Below, piece by piece: positions 62,770 through 64,000 of a DNA stretch of 64,000 bases; position 1 is the stretch's first letter, and each line of letters starts with the position of its first letter. Where the stretch lies: positions 1 to 64,000 of IMG/VR virus record IMGVR_UViG_3300032820_000001; one strand, 5' to 3'. Origin of the DNA: a virus. Both the position numbers and the translations under genes were made by a program. The notes under the pieces were generated by a model. It made no database searches. It was not told the DNA's origin and saw only the letters and a program-made list of their open reading frames with translations.

Positions 62770-63540
62770 CTATCGTCCTCCCTTCTTTTTTGGCTCGTCT
62801 GCGTTTCTGGGAAAGGATGGGCCTATGTCTTCGTTGCCGGCGTTGGTGAGGAACTTTCCTCTTTGGCCATCGCTCCAACCCAATGGGTGATCGTGAGCTA
62901 CATAAAATCCAAAAGCCAATTTAATGGTTTGGGGATATAAAATTCCTGGTGCTGGGTCAAAGAACCCCTGTTCAATGTCCGGGGAATATGTGAGACCGTC
63001 GATGGTTCCGATAAGGCCAGAAGCAATTCCGGAGCCTTGGGCATTATAGCGCGCACTCTGTATAAGGTTGCCAAATTTTAACCTGAAGAGTGGGGCACCC
63101 ATGATGGTTGATGCGTTGTTTTGTGTGGTGAGGCTCTTTTGGGTTGTGACATTTTTTTGGGCGGATTCTTGTTGCTTACCACCGGGGGCTGCAGGGATGG
63201 TTGAGGGCGTTTGATCATAAGATGGGTAAAGCATAGAAAGAAGCGTCGAGCAGTTCTTCAGATTGTGGTGAGCTTCTTCGATGCCGTCAGCGACGACATC
63301 CCAGCCCAACGATATAATTCGTTGAGTGCCCCTGAAACTTCTAATTGGATCCATTCGCCCGAAAGTTCTCTCGGTGTTCCACTCGGAGGAAAACTGATCT
63401 TCAAACTGAGTTATGAACGCTTTAAATTGTACTTCGGCTCCGGAGGGGATGTGTTGGATGTGAATATAATATTGACCATGATTGAAGATGGCCTTTTCTG
63501 TATCGTTTCCCACTTTTAAGATTGGTTTTTTGTCGGCCAT
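62770..63540 (-). CDS. Baseplate tail-tube initiator (T4 gp48/gp54-like)
   Basis: FKAFITQFED.FSSEWN....GRMDPIRSFRGTQR.ISLGW...PLFRLKFGN...PQTIKL. Confidence 0.7.
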   Translation of the reverse strand: MADKKPILKVGNDTEKAIFNHGQYYIHIQHIPSGAEVQFKAFITQFEDQFSSEWNTERTFGRMDPIRSFRGTQRIISLGWDVVADGIEEAHHNLKNCSTLLSMLYPSYDQTPSTIPAAPGGKQQESAQKNVTTQKSLTTQNNASTIMGAPLFRLKFGNLIQSARYNAQGSGIASGLIGTIDGLTYSPDIEQGFFDPAPGILYPQTIKLAFGFYVAHDHPLGWSDGQRGKFLTNAGNEDIGPSFPRNADEPKKKGGR

Positions 63541-63565
63541 TTTAAATTATTAACTCCTTTGTTGT

Positions 63566-64000
63566 TTAGTATGGTGAAAGTGAATCTTGAAGAATTGATA
63601 TCGGAGCTGGATTGCTTTGCGATGCAAATCCTTTTTTGTTAACTTCTGCTAAGTTGTTAACGGCTTGGGCAATTTGCATTCCATTCTCGGCTGTAATCTT
63701 GGCCAAAACTTGAGTGTCGCCATCCAAGTTGGTGCCGGTCATCTTATCAAGGTATGCCCCAAGCTTACCCATGTAGGCACCACCGTAAGCGGCGCCGGCT
63801 ACAGCGCCCGCAGGGGCAAGTACTGGGGCGGCGGCCATGGTGAGGCCGCCCGCAGCAAATCCTGCAGCGCCTCCGCCGATGCTGCCGATTGATTGAAGAG
63901 TCGCCTCCCACTTTCCAATCTTCCCCGTCACTAACTGTAGGCCACTTGCAGCAACAGTCACAGCGGCACCCACTGCTGGTAGGCGTTTAAGTGCCGCCAA
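63566..64000 (-). CDS. C-terminus of a probable tape-measure protein (partial)
   Basis: Ala/Gly-rich amphipathic repeats; lies directly upstream of the tube-initiator gene. Confidence 0.55.
   Translation of the reverse strand: MAALKRLPAVGAAVTVAASGLQLVTGKIGKWEATLQSIGSIGGGAAGFAAGGLTMAAAPVLAPAGAVAGAAYGGAYMGKLGAYLDKMTGTNLDGDTQVLAKITAENGMQIAQAVNNLAEVNKKGFASQSNPAPISILQDSLSPY

Overview
This 64 kb window comes from a large tailed dsDNA bacteriophage, probably myovirus-like. Essentially every real gene is on the minus strand and the standard genetic code is used. In transcription order (64000 to 1) it holds: the end of a probable tape-measure gene and baseplate genes; a host-like replication/recombination block (PolA-like polymerase domain, MORC-type GHKL ATPase, divergent tubulin/FtsZ-like protein, gp32-type SSB, tRNA-Gly(UCC), RecA/UvsX, 5'-3' exonuclease, DnaB, class II RNR, GroES, DnaE, dUTPase, N6-adenine methyltransferase, a stand-alone sigma70 region-4 protein); an amidase endolysin and GroEL; an envelope/lipoprotein block with a Myxococcota-type Cys/Asp repeat + vWA lipoprotein; a MoxR AAA + vWA/HExxH pair; a ~14 kb block of tiny early-type genes (6.0-19.9 kb) bounded by unusual non-coding elements; IscU/IscA; and the start of a tail-fibre-like gene. 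The most unexplained signal is a family of ~30 small G-D-L-V (KOW/SH3-like) paralogues, partly in tandem arrays. At five array junctions the C-terminal (E/Q)VV codons of one unit form the Shine-Dalgarno site of the next. Other notable signals: a pseudoknotted 3-way-junction RNA candidate between ssb and tRNA-Gly, a solo MORC ATPase with its own consensus promoter, and shared non-coding motif modules around the early block. All calls come from motif recognition by eye; no database search was run.
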